Positions 1-11,364 of a stretch of DNA of 64,000 nucleotides are shown one piece after another (position 1 is the first letter of the stretch; every line of letters starts with the position of its first letter). Location of the stretch: the NCBI GenBank assembly GCA_963555995.3, contig OY821641.1:2848001-2912000 (forward strand), read 5' to 3'. Made by a program: the position numbers and the translations under genes. Origin of the DNA: Vicinamibacteria bacterium (lineage in GTDB: Bacteria; Acidobacteriota; Vicinamibacteria; Marinacidobacterales; Marinacidobacteraceae). The notes beneath the pieces are model-generated. The model was given only the letters and a program-made list of their open reading frames with translations, had not been told where the DNA came from and did no database searches.

Positions 1-309
1 GCGCACTGCCCGCGAACCCGCGCCCTCGGAGAGCCCGGCGTGGGCGGCGCGGTCCGGCAACGCGATCACCGCGTCCCGGAAACCACCGTTCGGGGCGGCC
101 AGCGCCCGCAGGGCGGCCTGTACCGCTCGGGCCGCCTCCACCGAGGACGCCAGGTTCGGCTCGGTCGGCGAAGGTGTGACGAAGTCCGCCGGCAAGCGCC
201 AGCGGACCCAACGGCCGTCGCCGGTGCGGATCATCAGGTGGTTCCGCCGGAAGGTCATCGCGACGGCTCGGTCGCGAGGGCCGAGGCGAAGGAGGGGTAT
301 CGAGGGCAA
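1..309 (-). CDS. Partial CDS running off the left edge, possibly the N-terminus of a PilM/GspL-like protein
   Basis: Manual translation: open frame LPSIPLLRLG...WRLPADFVTPSPTEPNL...DAVIALPDRAAH. The LP..V.PS..EPN / ALPD pattern recalls PilM-like proteins. Start uncertain. Confidence 0.35.
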   Translation of the reverse strand, partial: MPSIPLLRLGPRDRAVAMTFRRNHLMIRTGDGRWVRWRLPADFVTPSPTEPNLASSVEAARAVQAALRALAAPNGGFRDAVIALPDRAAHAGLSEGAGSRAVR

Positions 310-623
310 GACTCCGACCGATGGGATGGATTTAGCCTAACTCGATTGACCCCTGGACCGTAGGTGCCGGAAGCGTTGCCCGCGAGACGAGAAGGAAACA
401 GAACGCCCCGAGAATGGTAGGATCGGCGGTCGGGCTGCGGACGATTTCCGCCCGTGCGAACGAGCGCGGCGGCGATTCGCCCGCGTGACTACCGGCCGAA
501 CGAGGTCCAGCGTTTCGAGTTGGCGCACGTCGTTCGGCAGCCGGTCCGGGCGCCGGGATCCAGACGATTCCCAAGGAGGTCCCGGCTCGGAGCGAATCCC
601 TAACGTCCACAATCTGGAGCAGC

Positions 624-2690
624 ATGCGCGACTATCAGACCGCCGAACTTCGCAACCTCGCCGTCGTCGGACACGGAACGTCCGGCAAGACAACGCTCGT
701 GTCGGCGCTCCTCTATGCCGCCGGCGCCGTGACCCGCCTTGCCCGCGTGGAAGACGGAAACACCACGACGGACTTCGAAGAGGACGAAATCGAACGCGGC
801 ATCAGCCTGAGCGCGGCGCCCACGTACTTCGACTGGGACGGGGTCAAGGTCAACCTGGTGGACACGCCGGGGTACAGCAACTTCCTCACCGAGGCGAAGC
901 TGGCCATGCCGGTCGCGGACACGGCCCTCATTGCGGTCTGCGCGGTGGACGGCGTGGGGGTCAACACCGAACGGGTCTGGAACTTCGCGGAAGAGAACGG
1001 GGCGGCCGCCATCTTCGCGATCACCCGGATGGACCGCGACCGCGCGTCGTTCGAACGCACCCTGAGTTCGATTCAGGAGACCTTCGGACGCACCGCGATC
1101 CCGGTCCAACTGCCCATCGGAAGCGAGTCCGGGTTCTCCGGGGTCGTGGACCTCATCACGATGAAGGCGATCAGCGGTCCCGGGCCGGACGGAAAGGGGG
1201 CGACGACGGGCGACGTGCCCGCCGAGCTTCAGGAGCAGGCCGAGGCGGCGCGCAACGAGCTCATGGAAATGATCGCCGAATCGGACGAGGAGCTGCTGGA
1301 CCGGTTCTTTTCCGAGGGAGAGCTGACGTCGGAGGAGATGATCCGGGGCCTCAGGACGGCGGTTGCCGCCCGTGCCATCTTCCCGGTGGCGGCGGTGACC
1401 GGAGCACACAACGTGGGAACCACGGCGCTCCTCGACCTGATCGTCGCGGCCGCCCCGGACCCGACCGGACGCGGGCCGGCGCGCGGGGTCAGCGGGGACG
1501 GGGAGCCGGTCGAGCGCGAGGTGGACGGCGGCGCGCCGGCCAGCGTCTACGTGTACAAGACCATCGCCGACCCCTTCGCCGGACGGTTGAGCCTCTTCCG
1601 GGTCATGACCGGCACCGTCGGCCCCGAGACCCAGCTCAAGAACCTGACCACCGGCGGGACCGGGCGGACCGGCGGCGTGAACGTCGTGAACGGGAAGGCC
1701 ATGGAGGCCGTATCGAAGCTGTCGGCCGGCGATCTCGGTTGTTTCGCCAAGCTGCGGGACACCTTCACGGGAGACACGCTCGGCGCTCAGGACGGGATCC
1801 GTTTCGTGCGCCCCGAAGTGCCGCACCCGGTCATCAGCTTCGCCATCGAGCCCAAGTCGAGAGGGGACGAGGAGAAGATCTCCCAGGCGCTGCAGCGGCT
1901 TCGCGAAGAAGACCTGACCCTGAAGTTCGAGCGCGACCAGGAGCTGCTCCTCTCGGGGACGGGGCAGCTCCACATCGAGGTCGTGGTGTCCCGGCTGAAG
2001 CGGAAGTTCGGAGTCGAAGTCGATCTGAAACCGCCGCGGGTGCCGTACCGCGAGACGATCACGGTGACCGCCGAGGCGCACGGGCGGCACAAGAAACAGA
2101 CCGGCGGACACGGCCAGTTCGCCGACTGCCACGTGCGCGTCGAGCCGCTCGAGCGCGGCGGGGAGTTCGAGTTCACGAGCGAGGTGGTGGGCGGCTCGAT
2201 CCCGCGCCAGTTCATCCCGGCGATCGAGAAGGGATTCCAGGAAGCCCGGCAGAAGGGATACCTCGCCGGCTATCCCGTCGTGGACTTCAAGGCGACGGTG
2301 TTCGACGGGAAGTTCCACACGGTCGATTCGTCGGAGATCGCGTTCAAGATCGCCGCGTCCCTCGCGTTCAAGGACGCGATGTCGAAGTGCCGGCCGACGC
2401 TGCTCGAACCGATCATGTCCGTCGTGATCACGGTTCCGGACGAGAACACGGGAGATGTCCTGGGCGATCTGAACTCGCGCCGCGGCCGCACCCAGGGCAT
2501 GGACCGGAAGGGCTCGCAGACCGCGATCACGGCGCAGGCGCCCATGGCCGAGATGCTCACCTACGAACCGACGCTGACCTCCCTCACCGGGGGACGCGGG
2601 GGCTTCCACATGGAGTTTTCCCACTACGACCCGGTGCCGGGGAATCTGGCGAAGGCCCTGATCGAGGCGTACCAGTCGCGGAACGACTAG
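624..2690 (+). CDS. fusA: Elongation factor G paralogue (EF-G2 type)
   Basis: GHGTSGKTT P-loop, [31 protein letters not shown] and LLEPIM motifs; GGAG SD before ATG. Confidence 0.93.
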   Translation: MRDYQTAELRNLAVVGHGTSGKTTLVSALLYAAGAVTRLARVEDGNTTTDFEEDEIERGISLSAAPTYFDWDGVKVNLVDTPGYSNFLTEAKLAMPVADTALIAVCAVDGVGVNTERVWNFAEENGAAAIFAITRMDRDRASFERTLSSIQETFGRTAIPVQLPIGSESGFSGVVDLITMKAISGPGPDGKGATTGDVPAELQEQAEAARNELMEMIAESDEELLDRFFSEGELTSEEMIRGLRTAVAARAIFPVAAVTGAHNVGTTALLDLIVAAAPDPTGRGPARGVSGDGEPVEREVDGGAPASVYVYKTIADPFAGRLSLFRVMTGTVGPETQLKNLTTGGTGRTGGVNVVNGKAMEAVSKLSAGDLGCFAKLRDTFTGDTLGAQDGIRFVRPEVPHPVISFAIEPKSRGDEEKISQALQRLREEDLTLKFERDQELLLSGTGQLHIEVVVSRLKRKFGVEVDLKPPRVPYRETITVTAEAHGRHKKQTGGHGQFADCHVRVEPLERGGEFEFTSEVVGGSIPRQFIPAIEKGFQEARQKGYLAGYPVVDFKATVFDGKFHTVDSSEIAFKIAASLAFKDAMSKCRPTLLEPIMSVVITVPDENTGDVLGDLNSRRGRTQGMDRKGSQTAITAQAPMAEMLTYEPTLTSLTGGRGGFHMEFSHYDPVPGNLAKALIEAYQSRND

Positions 2691-2726
2691 CCGTTCGGCA
2701 AGGCGCCGTGAGGCTGGGTGAGGTTA

Positions 2727-2781
2727 CGACGTGCGCGGTGCCGAGCACCGCGTGCCGGTCGGAGACCGGCGTTCCAAGCCG
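2727..2781. repeat. REP-like palindromic repeat (family B2) between the convergent EF-G2 gene and rplQ
   Basis: cgacgtgcgcggtgccgagcaccgcgtgccggtcggagaccggcgttccaagccg matches the copies at 37026, 60030 and 60241. Confidence 0.75.
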
Positions 2782-2786
2782 TTCCG

Positions 2787-3140
2787 TTAGTCGACGAACT
2801 CGATGCGCGCCATGGGGGCGCCGTCGCCGTGGCGGGGACCGAGCTTGAGGATCCGGGTGTAGCCGCCGGGACGCTCCTGGAACCGGGGCGCCACCTCGCT
2901 GAAGAGATGGCGGACCACCGCTTTCCGGGGCAGGATCTGGAGCGCGCGGCGACGCGCCGCGAGGTCCGACCGGCGCCCGAGGGTGACGAGCCGCTCGACG
3001 AACGGACGCACTTCCTTCGCCTTGGCGAGCGTGGTGCGCAGGTGTCCGTGCTCGATCAGGGTGGCGGCCAGGTTCCGCAGCAGGGCGCGCCGGTGCGATG
3101 GCCGGCGGCCGAGCTTGCGGTGTGCCAACTGGTGACGCAT
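2787..3140 (-). CDS. rplQ: 50S ribosomal protein L17
   Basis: MRH...KLGR..SHR, TT.AKAKE, RPGGYTRI.KLG.R.GD motifs. Confidence 0.97.
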   Translation of the reverse strand: MRHQLAHRKLGRRPSHRRALLRNLAATLIEHGHLRTTLAKAKEVRPFVERLVTLGRRSDLAARRRALQILPRKAVVRHLFSEVAPRFQERPGGYTRILKLGPRHGDGAPMARIEFVD

Positions 3141-3141
3141 T

Positions 3142-4089
3142 TCAGCCCTGTCCCATTCCCAGCTTCAGGCCGAGACCGTCGAGAATCCTCTCGACTTCCT
3201 CGATGCTCTTCCGCCCGATGTTGCGCTCCCGCAGCAACTCCTGCTCGCTCTTGACCACGAGGTCGCCGATCGTGGCGATGTCGGCGTTCCGCAGTCCGTT
3301 GTACGCGCGGACCGAAAGCTGATCCGCGTAGTCGTCAATGGACGTGTTGCGATGCAGCTCGTAGGCCTTCTGCTCGTCGCTGATCACGACGTCTTCCGTC
3401 GCTTCTCCCTCGCCGCCCACGAAGATCCCCAGCATCTCCCGCAGCAGGCGGGCGGCGGTGGTGACCGCCTCCTGGGGCCGGATCGAACCGTTCGTGTGCA
3501 CGTCGATCACGAGCTTGTCGAGGTCCGTGTCCTGGCCCACCCGCGCCGGTTCGACCTTGTAGTTGACCTTGCGGACCGGAGAATGCGTCGAATCGAGAGG
3601 GATGTAGCCGACCTCCAGGTCCGTATCCCGGTTCCGCTCCGCCTGGATGTAGCCGCGGCCGTTCTTCACCCGCATCTCGATGTCCAGCTCGGCCGGCTGG
3701 GTGATGGTCGCGAGGTGCACGTCCGGGTCGAGGATCTCGACGTTGGGATCCGTCTCGATGTCTCCCGAGGTCAGGGAACCGGTCTTCCTTCCCTTGAGCC
3801 GGATGGTCCTCGGCTGCGCCCCGTGGAGCCGCAGGGGGATCCGCTTGATGTTCAGGATGATGTCGAGGGTGTCTTCCTTGACCCCGGGAATCGTGGACAT
3901 CTCGTGCTGCACACCGTCGAACTTGACCGCGGTGACCGCTGCGCCCTGAATGGAGGAAATCAGCAACCGGCGCAGGGCGTTGCCGATGGTGACCCCGTAG
4001 CCCCGCTCGAAGGGATGAGCGGAAAACCGACCGAAGTCGTCACTGCTGGTCTCGATGTTGAGGCCGCTGGGCCTCCGAAGTTCGGACAT
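3142..4089 (-). CDS. rpoA: RNA polymerase alpha subunit
   Basis: PFERGYGVTIGNALRRLL, HSPVRKVNY and LSVRAYN motifs; synteny. Confidence 0.97.
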   Translation of the reverse strand: MSELRRPSGLNIETSSDDFGRFSAHPFERGYGVTIGNALRRLLISSIQGAAVTAVKFDGVQHEMSTIPGVKEDTLDIILNIKRIPLRLHGAQPRTIRLKGRKTGSLTSGDIETDPNVEILDPDVHLATITQPAELDIEMRVKNGRGYIQAERNRDTDLEVGYIPLDSTHSPVRKVNYKVEPARVGQDTDLDKLVIDVHTNGSIRPQEAVTTAARLLREMLGIFVGGEGEATEDVVISDEQKAYELHRNTSIDDYADQLSVRAYNGLRNADIATIGDLVVKSEQELLRERNIGRKSIEEVERILDGLGLKLGMGQG

Positions 4090-4120
4090 AAGCGCCGTCT
4101 CTCCTTTCCTTTCTGCCCCG

Positions 4121-4753
4121 TTAGCGCGAGTAGAGCTCGACGATGAGCTGGTCGCGGATCTTCAGTTGCGGGTCCTCGCCGGAGGGGAGCGTGACAACCC
4201 GTCCCGACGCCATGTCATCCTCTTCACGCTGAAGCCATTCCGGAACCGTGCGGCCTTCGGCGCGTTCCATGATCGCCTTGAAGAAATCCTTCTTGCGCGT
4301 CTTGTCGCAGACGCGGATCACGTCTCCCTCGTTGATGATGTTGGACGGAATGTCCACGCGTTTCCCGTTCACCTCGACGTGTCCGTGCCGGACGAAGAGC
4401 CGGGCCGCGGCCCGGGAGGGAGCCAGACCCAATCGGTAAACGGCGTTGTCGAGCCGGCGCTCCAGGAGCTGGAGCAGGAACGTTCCGGTCACGGCGCGCT
4501 CGCGTTCGGCGCGATCGAAGTACAGGCGGAACTGACGCTCGAGCAGGCCATAGGCGCGCTTCGCCTTCTGCTTCTCGCGAAGCTGAAGTCCGTAGCCCTG
4601 AACGCGGCTGCGACGGGTCTTCCCGTGGGCTCCGGGCGCGAAGTTGCGCTTGTCGATGGCGCACTTCGGGCTGAGGCAGCGATCGCCCTTCAGAAAGAGC
4701 TTGGCCCCCTCCCGGCGGCACAGCCGGCAGACGGGACCTCGATATCTCGCCAA
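4121..4753 (-). CDS. rpsD: 30S ribosomal protein S4 (zinc-type)
   Basis: ARYRGPVCRLCRREG, LERRLDN; TTG start after GGAGG. Confidence 0.97.
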   Translation of the reverse strand: MARYRGPVCRLCRREGAKLFLKGDRCLSPKCAIDKRNFAPGAHGKTRRSRVQGYGLQLREKQKAKRAYGLLERQFRLYFDRAERERAVTGTFLLQLLERRLDNAVYRLGLAPSRAAARLFVRHGHVEVNGKRVDIPSNIINEGDVIRVCDKTRKKDFFKAIMERAEGRTVPEWLQREEDDMASGRVVTLPSGEDPQLKIRDQLIVELYSR

Positions 4754-4763
4754 GATGTCCTCC

Positions 4764-4987
4764 TAACAGCCTGTGGCCACTGCCTGGCTGCGTCCGTTCG
4801 CGGCGCAACGCGCCGCGGGGGTGGGGTGTGGGGAAGGGATTCCCCTCCCCACGAAAGAACGTGGCATGAATCGCGCAGCGATTCGCGTCACCCCGTGGGG
4901 AAAGCGCCCCGCACGCACGACAGCCCCCAGTTTGGGCGTCCGTGACGTCCTGAGTACGGTGCGGGGTGCTTTTTCCACGGGCTGTTA
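4764..4987. mobile_element. MITE-like element with family-A ends and a different interior, TA on both sides
   Basis: TA-acagcctgtgg ... ccacgggctgt-TA inverted ends; overlaps the rpsK stop codon. Confidence 0.75.
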
Positions 4988-5386
4988 GTTCCGCCGTTTT
5001 TTGGGAGGGCGGCACCCGTTGTGTGGGATCGGGGTGACGTCCTTGATCGTCTTCACCTCGATTCCGGCGGCGGCTACGGCCCGGATCGCGGCTTCGCGTC
5101 CGGCGCCGGGGCCTTTCACCTTGACGTCCACATGCGTGCAGCCGAGGGCGCGGGCTTCGCGTGAGGCCGCGCCCGCCGCCTGCTGCGCCGCGAACGGCGT
5201 CTGTTTCCGGGAACCCTTGAAGCCCTGCGATCCGGCGCTGGCCCAGCAGACCACGTTTCCGGCCGGATCCGCGAAGGTGATGATCGTGTTGTGGTACGTC
5301 GCCTGGATGGATACGACGCCGGCGGTCAGCGTGCGCTTCTCGCGCTTCTTCCCGGTCCGGCGGCGGGCGGTCTTCTTCTTTGCCAT
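4985..5386 (-). CDS. rpsK: 30S ribosomal protein S11
   Basis: GFKGSRK.TPFAAQ and [14 protein letters not shown] motifs. Confidence 0.97.
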   Translation of the reverse strand: MAKKKTARRRTGKKREKRTLTAGVVSIQATYHNTIITFADPAGNVVCWASAGSQGFKGSRKQTPFAAQQAAGAASREARALGCTHVDVKVKGPGAGREAAIRAVAAAGIEVKTIKDVTPIPHNGCRPPKKRRN

Positions 5387-5397
5387 GTCTTGTCTTC

Positions 5398-5763
5398 CTA
5401 GCGCCGGCGCATTCCGACCCGGCGGGGGCCGCGGCGGGTCCGGGCGTTGGTCTTGGTGCGCTGGCCCCGTGCCGGGAGGCCCCGGCGATGGCGGAGCCCG
5501 CGGTAGCACCCGATGTCCATGAGGCGCTTCAGGTCCATCGAGATCCGCTTCCTCAGGTCTCCTTCGACGCCGCCTTCGTCATCAATGGCCCGGCCGATCC
5601 GGCTCACCTCTTCCTCGGTCAGGTCGCTGACCCGGCGGTGGCGTTCGATCCCCACCCGGTCGAGGATGGTCACCGCGCGGTGGGATCCCACGCCGTAGAT
5701 GTACGTCAGCCCGATATCAATGCGCTTGGCGCGCGGCAGGTCAACGCCGGCAATTCTGGCCAT
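5398..5763 (-). CDS. rpsM: 30S ribosomal protein S13
   Basis: [31 protein letters not shown]. Confidence 0.97.
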   Translation of the reverse strand: MARIAGVDLPRAKRIDIGLTYIYGVGSHRAVTILDRVGIERHRRVSDLTEEEVSRIGRAIDDEGGVEGDLRKRISMDLKRLMDIGCYRGLRHRRGLPARGQRTKTNARTRRGPRRVGMRRR

Positions 5764-5786
5764 CGGTCAGTCTCTCCCTGTTTCCA

Positions 5787-5900
5787 TCACCCTTGGCGCT
5801 GCTTGTGCTTCGGGTTTTCGCAGATCACCCGCACGACCCCTCGGCGGCGGACGATCTTGCACTTGGCGCAGATGCGCCGAACGGACGCGCGAACCTTCAT
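5787..5900 (-). CDS. rpmJ: 50S ribosomal protein L36 (not in the ORF track)
   Basis: Manual translation [37 protein letters not shown]. Confidence 0.95.
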   Translation of the reverse strand: MKVRASVRRICAKCKIVRRRGVVRVICENPKHKQRQG

Positions 5901-5910
5901 GCTGCCGCTC

Positions 5911-6132
5911 CTACTTGCACCGGTAAACGATCCGGCCGCGGCTCAGATCGTAGGGGGAAAGCTCCACCAGCACGCGGTCCCCCGGCAGTACCTTGATGAA
6001 GCTCTTCCGCATCTTTCCCGACACGTGGGCGAGCACCTTGTGATCGCCGGTATCGAGCTTGACCCGGAACATGGCGTTTGGCAGAGGCTCCATGACGGTC
6101 GCCTCCACGGAAATAGCGTCTTCCTTAGACAT
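5911..6132 (-). CDS. infA: Translation initiation factor IF-1
   Basis: [13 protein letters not shown] and ELSPYDL.RGRI.YR motifs. Confidence 0.97.
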   Translation of the reverse strand: MSKEDAISVEATVMEPLPNAMFRVKLDTGDHKVLAHVSGKMRKSFIKVLPGDRVLVELSPYDLSRGRIVYRCK

Positions 6133-6916
6133 GATCTTCCTCTGAACCCGGGTTGGCGGGGTTCTGCCCTCTGGGCTCCGCCAGAATCCAGGGACCGCCC
6201 TCCATGACCGCGATGGATCGTTCGAAGTGCGCGGAGGCGCTGCCGTCCACGGTGACCACCGTCCAGCGATCCCGCTTCACGCGCACATCCGGGCTCCCGC
6301 GATTCACCATGGGTTCGATCGCGATCACGGCGCCCGGAATCAGGCGAGTCCGTTTCCCGGGATCATAGAAGTTCGGGATCCAGGGCTCCGCGTGCAGGCT
6401 CGTTCCGATCCCGTGTCCGCCGTATTCGCGCACCACGGAATAGCCGCGGCTCTCGGCATGGGTCTGCACGGCCTGCCCGATGTCCGAAACGCTGTTTCCG
6501 GGACGGGCGGCTCCGATTCCGGCGTAGAGAGCCCCCTCGGTCACCTGCAGCAGACGCGCCACTTCCTCGTCAATCCGGCCGACCGCGACGGTGGTCGCGT
6601 TGTCCCCGTAGTAGCCGTCCACGATGCAGCCGAAGTCGAGGCTCACGATGTCGCCCTCCTTCAGCTTCCGCCAACGGGACGGGATGCCGTGGACGACCTC
6701 GTCGTTGATCGAAACGCACAGGGAGGCGGGAAACCCGTGATATCCCTTGAAGGCGGGAGTCACGCCGTGGCGTCGCAGGTTGTCCGCCGCCACGCGGTCG
6801 AGGTGGGCCGTGGTCACGCCCGGCTCCACCGTGCGGGCGAGCAGCTCCAGCGTCTCCACGGTGATCGCGTTGGCCTGGTGGAGCTTGTCGAGCTCGACGT
6901 CGGAACGGGAGATCAC
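6125..6916 (-). CDS. map: Methionine aminopeptidase type I
   Basis: [28 protein letters not shown]; GTG start overlaps the adk stop. Confidence 0.93.
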   Translation of the reverse strand: MISRSDVELDKLHQANAITVETLELLARTVEPGVTTAHLDRVAADNLRRHGVTPAFKGYHGFPASLCVSINDEVVHGIPSRWRKLKEGDIVSLDFGCIVDGYYGDNATTVAVGRIDEEVARLLQVTEGALYAGIGAARPGNSVSDIGQAVQTHAESRGYSVVREYGGHGIGTSLHAEPWIPNFYDPGKRTRLIPGAVIAIEPMVNRGSPDVRVKRDRWTVVTVDGSASAHFERSIAVMEGGPWILAEPRGQNPANPGSEEDHV

Positions 6917-7494
6917 GAGGTCACCAACTGCGCCGCTCTGAACGGCAGCGCGGCGCACAGACGGCTGAAGACGTCGTCGCGGGACCCGAGTCCCGAGACG
7001 CTCGCGGCGCGGTCCCCGTAGTAGTCGAGGAGCGGAAAGGACTCGGATTCGTAAACCTCGAGCCGGCGGCGGAAGGCTTCCTCGCTGTCGTCCTGCCGGC
7101 CGTCGGTCCCGCGCCGACCGCGGACCCGGGCGGCCAGTTCCTCCGCGGGGACGGCGATGTTCGCAATCCACTCGGTGGCGCCGAGCCTCGACAGGACCGC
7201 ACCCAGCGCCCGGGCCTGCGCCCGGTTCCGCGGATAGCCGTCGAGAATGAAACCCCGGCTGCAATCGGGAGCGGAGATCCTCTCCTCGACGATCCCCAGC
7301 ACGATCTCGTCGCTCACCAGGCGGCCGGCGGCCATGATGTCGCGGGCCGCCCTCCCGAGTTCCGTGCCGTCCGCGACCGCCTGCCGCAGAATGGCCCCGG
7401 TCGAGATGTGGGGCAACCCCAGCGACTCGGCGAGCCGCGCCGCCTGGGTCCCCTTTCCGGACCCGGGAGCGCCGAGAAGAATGACCGCGTTCAT
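6913..7494 (-). CDS. adk: Adenylate kinase (short-lid type)
   Basis: GAPGSGKGTQ, HISTG, GFILDGYPR and R.DD motifs. Confidence 0.95.
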   Translation of the reverse strand: MNAVILLGAPGSGKGTQAARLAESLGLPHISTGAILRQAVADGTELGRAARDIMAAGRLVSDEIVLGIVEERISAPDCSRGFILDGYPRNRAQARALGAVLSRLGATEWIANIAVPAEELAARVRGRRGTDGRQDDSEEAFRRRLEVYESESFPLLDYYGDRAASVSGLGSRDDVFSRLCAALPFRAAQLVTS

Positions 7495-7511
7495 GTCAGC
7501 TCCGGCACACC

Positions 7512-8893
<1,382 letters not shown>

Positions 8894-8897
<4 letters not shown>

Positions 8898-9439
8898 TTC
8901 TCGTCTTCGGAGTTGCCGGCGTCCGCGCCGATGAAGGCCACGGTCCCGCCGGCGGCTTCGATCTTCCGGCGCGCGGAAGCGCTGAAGGCGTGGGCGTGGA
9001 CGGTGAGCCGCTTCTCCAACTCACCTCCGCCGAGGACCTTGATGCGGAACGGACGGGGGCGGACCAGCAGGGGAGATCCCTCCGGGTGAGGCCGGTAGAT
9101 CCGCGCTCCGTGAATCAGGCGGGCGGCCACCAGTTCGATCTCGCCGACGGTCGAACCGTCTTCGAAACGGTTGAGGTCACCCAGATTGACGACCTCCTGA
9201 CGGGTTCTGAAGATGTTCGTGAACCCGCGCTTCGGCACGCGGCGCACGAGCGGCATCTGGCCGCCCTCGAAGCCACGGCGGAGCGAGTACCCGGACCGCG
9301 ACTTGGCTCCCTTGTGGCCGCGCCCGGCAGTCTTGCCGGTGCCTGATCCCGGGCCGCGTCCCACCCGCTTGCGGGGCCGGACGGCGCCCTCGGGCGGCGC
9401 CAGTTCATGAAGGCTCACTTGCTCGTCCTCATTCACCAT
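8894..9439 (-). CDS. rplO: 50S ribosomal protein L15 with an internal insertion
   Basis: [33 protein letters not shown]. Confidence 0.95.
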
Positions 9440-9683
9440 CGGCCGGAACGGCCGTCTCTTGCGCTTGCGTCGTTTCGACGATGCGGACGAGGTGCGGAAC
9501 GCGCCGCACCATCCCGCGGATCATCGGGTTGTCCGGCCGGGAAGCGGTCGCTCCCAGTCGGCGAAGCCCCAGGCCCTTCACGACTTCGCGCTGGTAGCGG
9601 GTCGTGCCCGCCAGGCCGCGCACGAGTTGCACGACGATCCGGGGCTGGCCCGGGCTGGCCGCGGTGTCTTCTGGCTGCGTCAT
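9429..9683 (-). CDS. rpmD: 50S ribosomal protein L30
   Basis: GLGLRRLG...[16 protein letters not shown]; synteny. Confidence 0.93.
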   Translation of the reverse strand: MTQPEDTAASPGQPRIVVQLVRGLAGTTRYQREVVKGLGLRRLGATASRPDNPMIRGMVRRVPHLVRIVETTQAQETAVPADGE

Positions 9684-9687
9684 GGCG

Positions 9688-10254
9688 CTAGGCGCGGATC
9701 TCCGCCTCGATGTGGCTCACGTCCTTCCCCCGAAGCTCCGCCACCGCGGCCTTCGAGCGGAGCGAGAGGAGCGCGACCATCGTCGCCTCCACCACGTTCT
9801 TCGGATTGGCGGTTCCGAGCGACTTGGTCAGGATGTCCTTGATTCCGGCGAGCTCGATGACGGCGCGCACCGGGCCGCCCGCGATCACCCCGGTCCCCTC
9901 CGAGGCCGGCTTGAGCAGGACCCGGCCCGCTCCGAACACGCCCACCACCTCGTGAGCGATGGTGGTTCCCTCGCGGGGGACCATCGTCAGGTTCTTCTTG
10001 GCGATCTCGATTCCCTTCTTGATCGCCGCCGGCACCTCGCGCGCCTTGCCAAGGCCGAAACCCACCCGGCCGTCCTCGTTTCCAACCACGACCAGCGCGG
10101 AAAAGGAGAGGTTCTTGCCACCCTTGACCACCTTGGTCACCCGGTTGATCGAGACGACCTTGTCCTTGAGATCGGGATCGCCGGTGCGCTCCACCTGCGT
10201 GTTGCGCGAACCGCTGCGAGGCCTCGATCGGCCGCCCGCGTCCATGTTCAGCAC
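9688..10254 (-). CDS. rpsE: 30S ribosomal protein S5
   Basis: [11 protein letters not shown] and [12 protein letters not shown] motifs; start may be ATG 10245. Confidence 0.96.
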   Translation of the reverse strand: MLNMDAGGRSRPRSGSRNTQVERTGDPDLKDKVVSINRVTKVVKGGKNLSFSALVVVGNEDGRVGFGLGKAREVPAAIKKGIEIAKKNLTMVPREGTTIAHEVVGVFGAGRVLLKPASEGTGVIAGGPVRAVIELAGIKDILTKSLGTANPKNVVEATMVALLSLRSKAAVAELRGKDVSHIEAEIRA

Positions 10255-10601
10255 TGAATCCCTCCATTCCTCACCGCGTCGGCAAGGGCCTTGATCCGGC
10301 CGTGGTACTGGGACCCGCCGCGATCGAAGACGACGGTCTCGATGCCGGCGGCGCGGGCCCGCTCGGCCAGCTTCTCGCCGACCAGGGCGGCGCCCCGGGC
10401 GTTTCCGCCGGCCTCGATCCCGGTCTCGCGGCTTCCCGCGGCAACGAGGGTCCTGCCGGCAGCGTCGTCAATCACCTGCGCATAGATGTGCTTCAACGAG
10501 CGATAGACTGCGAGCCGCGGGCGCTCGGCAGTGCCGGCGATCTTCCGACGGATGCGGGCATGGATGCGCCGCCTGCGCTGGCGGCGGGTCGTGATTCGCA
10601 T
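10248..10601 (-). CDS. rplR: 50S ribosomal protein L18
   Basis: [30 protein letters not shown]. Confidence 0.96.
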   Translation of the reverse strand: MRITTRRQRRRRIHARIRRKIAGTAERPRLAVYRSLKHIYAQVIDDAAGRTLVAAGSRETGIEAGGNARGAALVGEKLAERARAAGIETVVFDRGGSQYHGRIKALADAVRNGGIQC

Positions 10602-10634
10602 GGCTCTTCGGTCCTCGAGCTCTCTTCCTCGGGA

Positions 10635-11168
10635 TCAGGCCCCGGTCTTTCCTGCCTTCTTGATGAGGCGTTCGCCGGTGTAGCGAACCCCCTTCTGCTT
10701 GTACGGGTCCGGCTTGCGGAGCGCGCGGATGCGCGCCGCCACCTGCCCGACGGCCTGCTTGTCGGCGCCCGACACGACGACGTGGGTGTTCTTCTCGACC
10801 CGGACGTCGATCCCGTCGGGCAACGTGAACTCGATGGGATGGGAATACCCCAGCGCGAAGGAAACGTTCCGTCCCTTCACCTGCGCCCGGTAGCCGACTC
10901 CCACGATGTCCAGCTCCTTCTGGAAGCCCTCGGAGACGCCGGTCACCGCGTTCGCGAGCAGCGCCCGGGTGAGCCCCCAGTAGGCCCGGTTCGCGGACGT
11001 TTCCCGAAGGGACACCTGGGCCACGCTGCCGTCGAGCTTCACCTCGATTCCGGGGAGGAGCGGACTCGTGAGGACGCCCTTCGGGCCCTTCACGCGGACC
11101 TCGGAACTCGCGATGGAGATCGAGACCCCGGACGGAACGGGGATCGGCTTGGCGCCTATGCGAGACAT
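10635..11168 (-). CDS. rplF: 50S ribosomal protein L6
   Basis: MSRIG.KPI, GVGYRA, LGYSHP, RKPDPYK.KG. Confidence 0.96.
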   Translation of the reverse strand: MSRIGAKPIPVPSGVSISIASSEVRVKGPKGVLTSPLLPGIEVKLDGSVAQVSLRETSANRAYWGLTRALLANAVTGVSEGFQKELDIVGVGYRAQVKGRNVSFALGYSHPIEFTLPDGIDVRVEKNTHVVVSGADKQAVGQVAARIRALRKPDPYKQKGVRYTGERLIKKAGKTGA

Positions 11169-11173
11169 GATCA

Positions 11174-11354
11174 ACAGCCTTTGGTGAAACTCACGTGAGC
11201 GCCGAGCCCGGTGAGGCGCCCGGCTGACAAGGCGCGTGAGGGAGGAATATCGAGCGTATTTCGACCGAAACGCAACGCAGAGCGGAGCGAAGCGGAGTGT
11301 TTCAGCCGGGATGGATCGCCGGGCGAACGCCGCGTGAGTTTTGCCACAGGCTGT
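11174..11354. mobile_element. Family-A 181-bp inverted-repeat element
   Basis: acagcctttggtgaaactcacg ... cgtgagttttgccacaggctgt arms; conserved core aggcgcccggctgacaaggcgcgtgagggaggaata...gaccgaaacgcaacg. Confidence 0.85.
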
Positions 11355-11364
11355 TTACCTCGGG

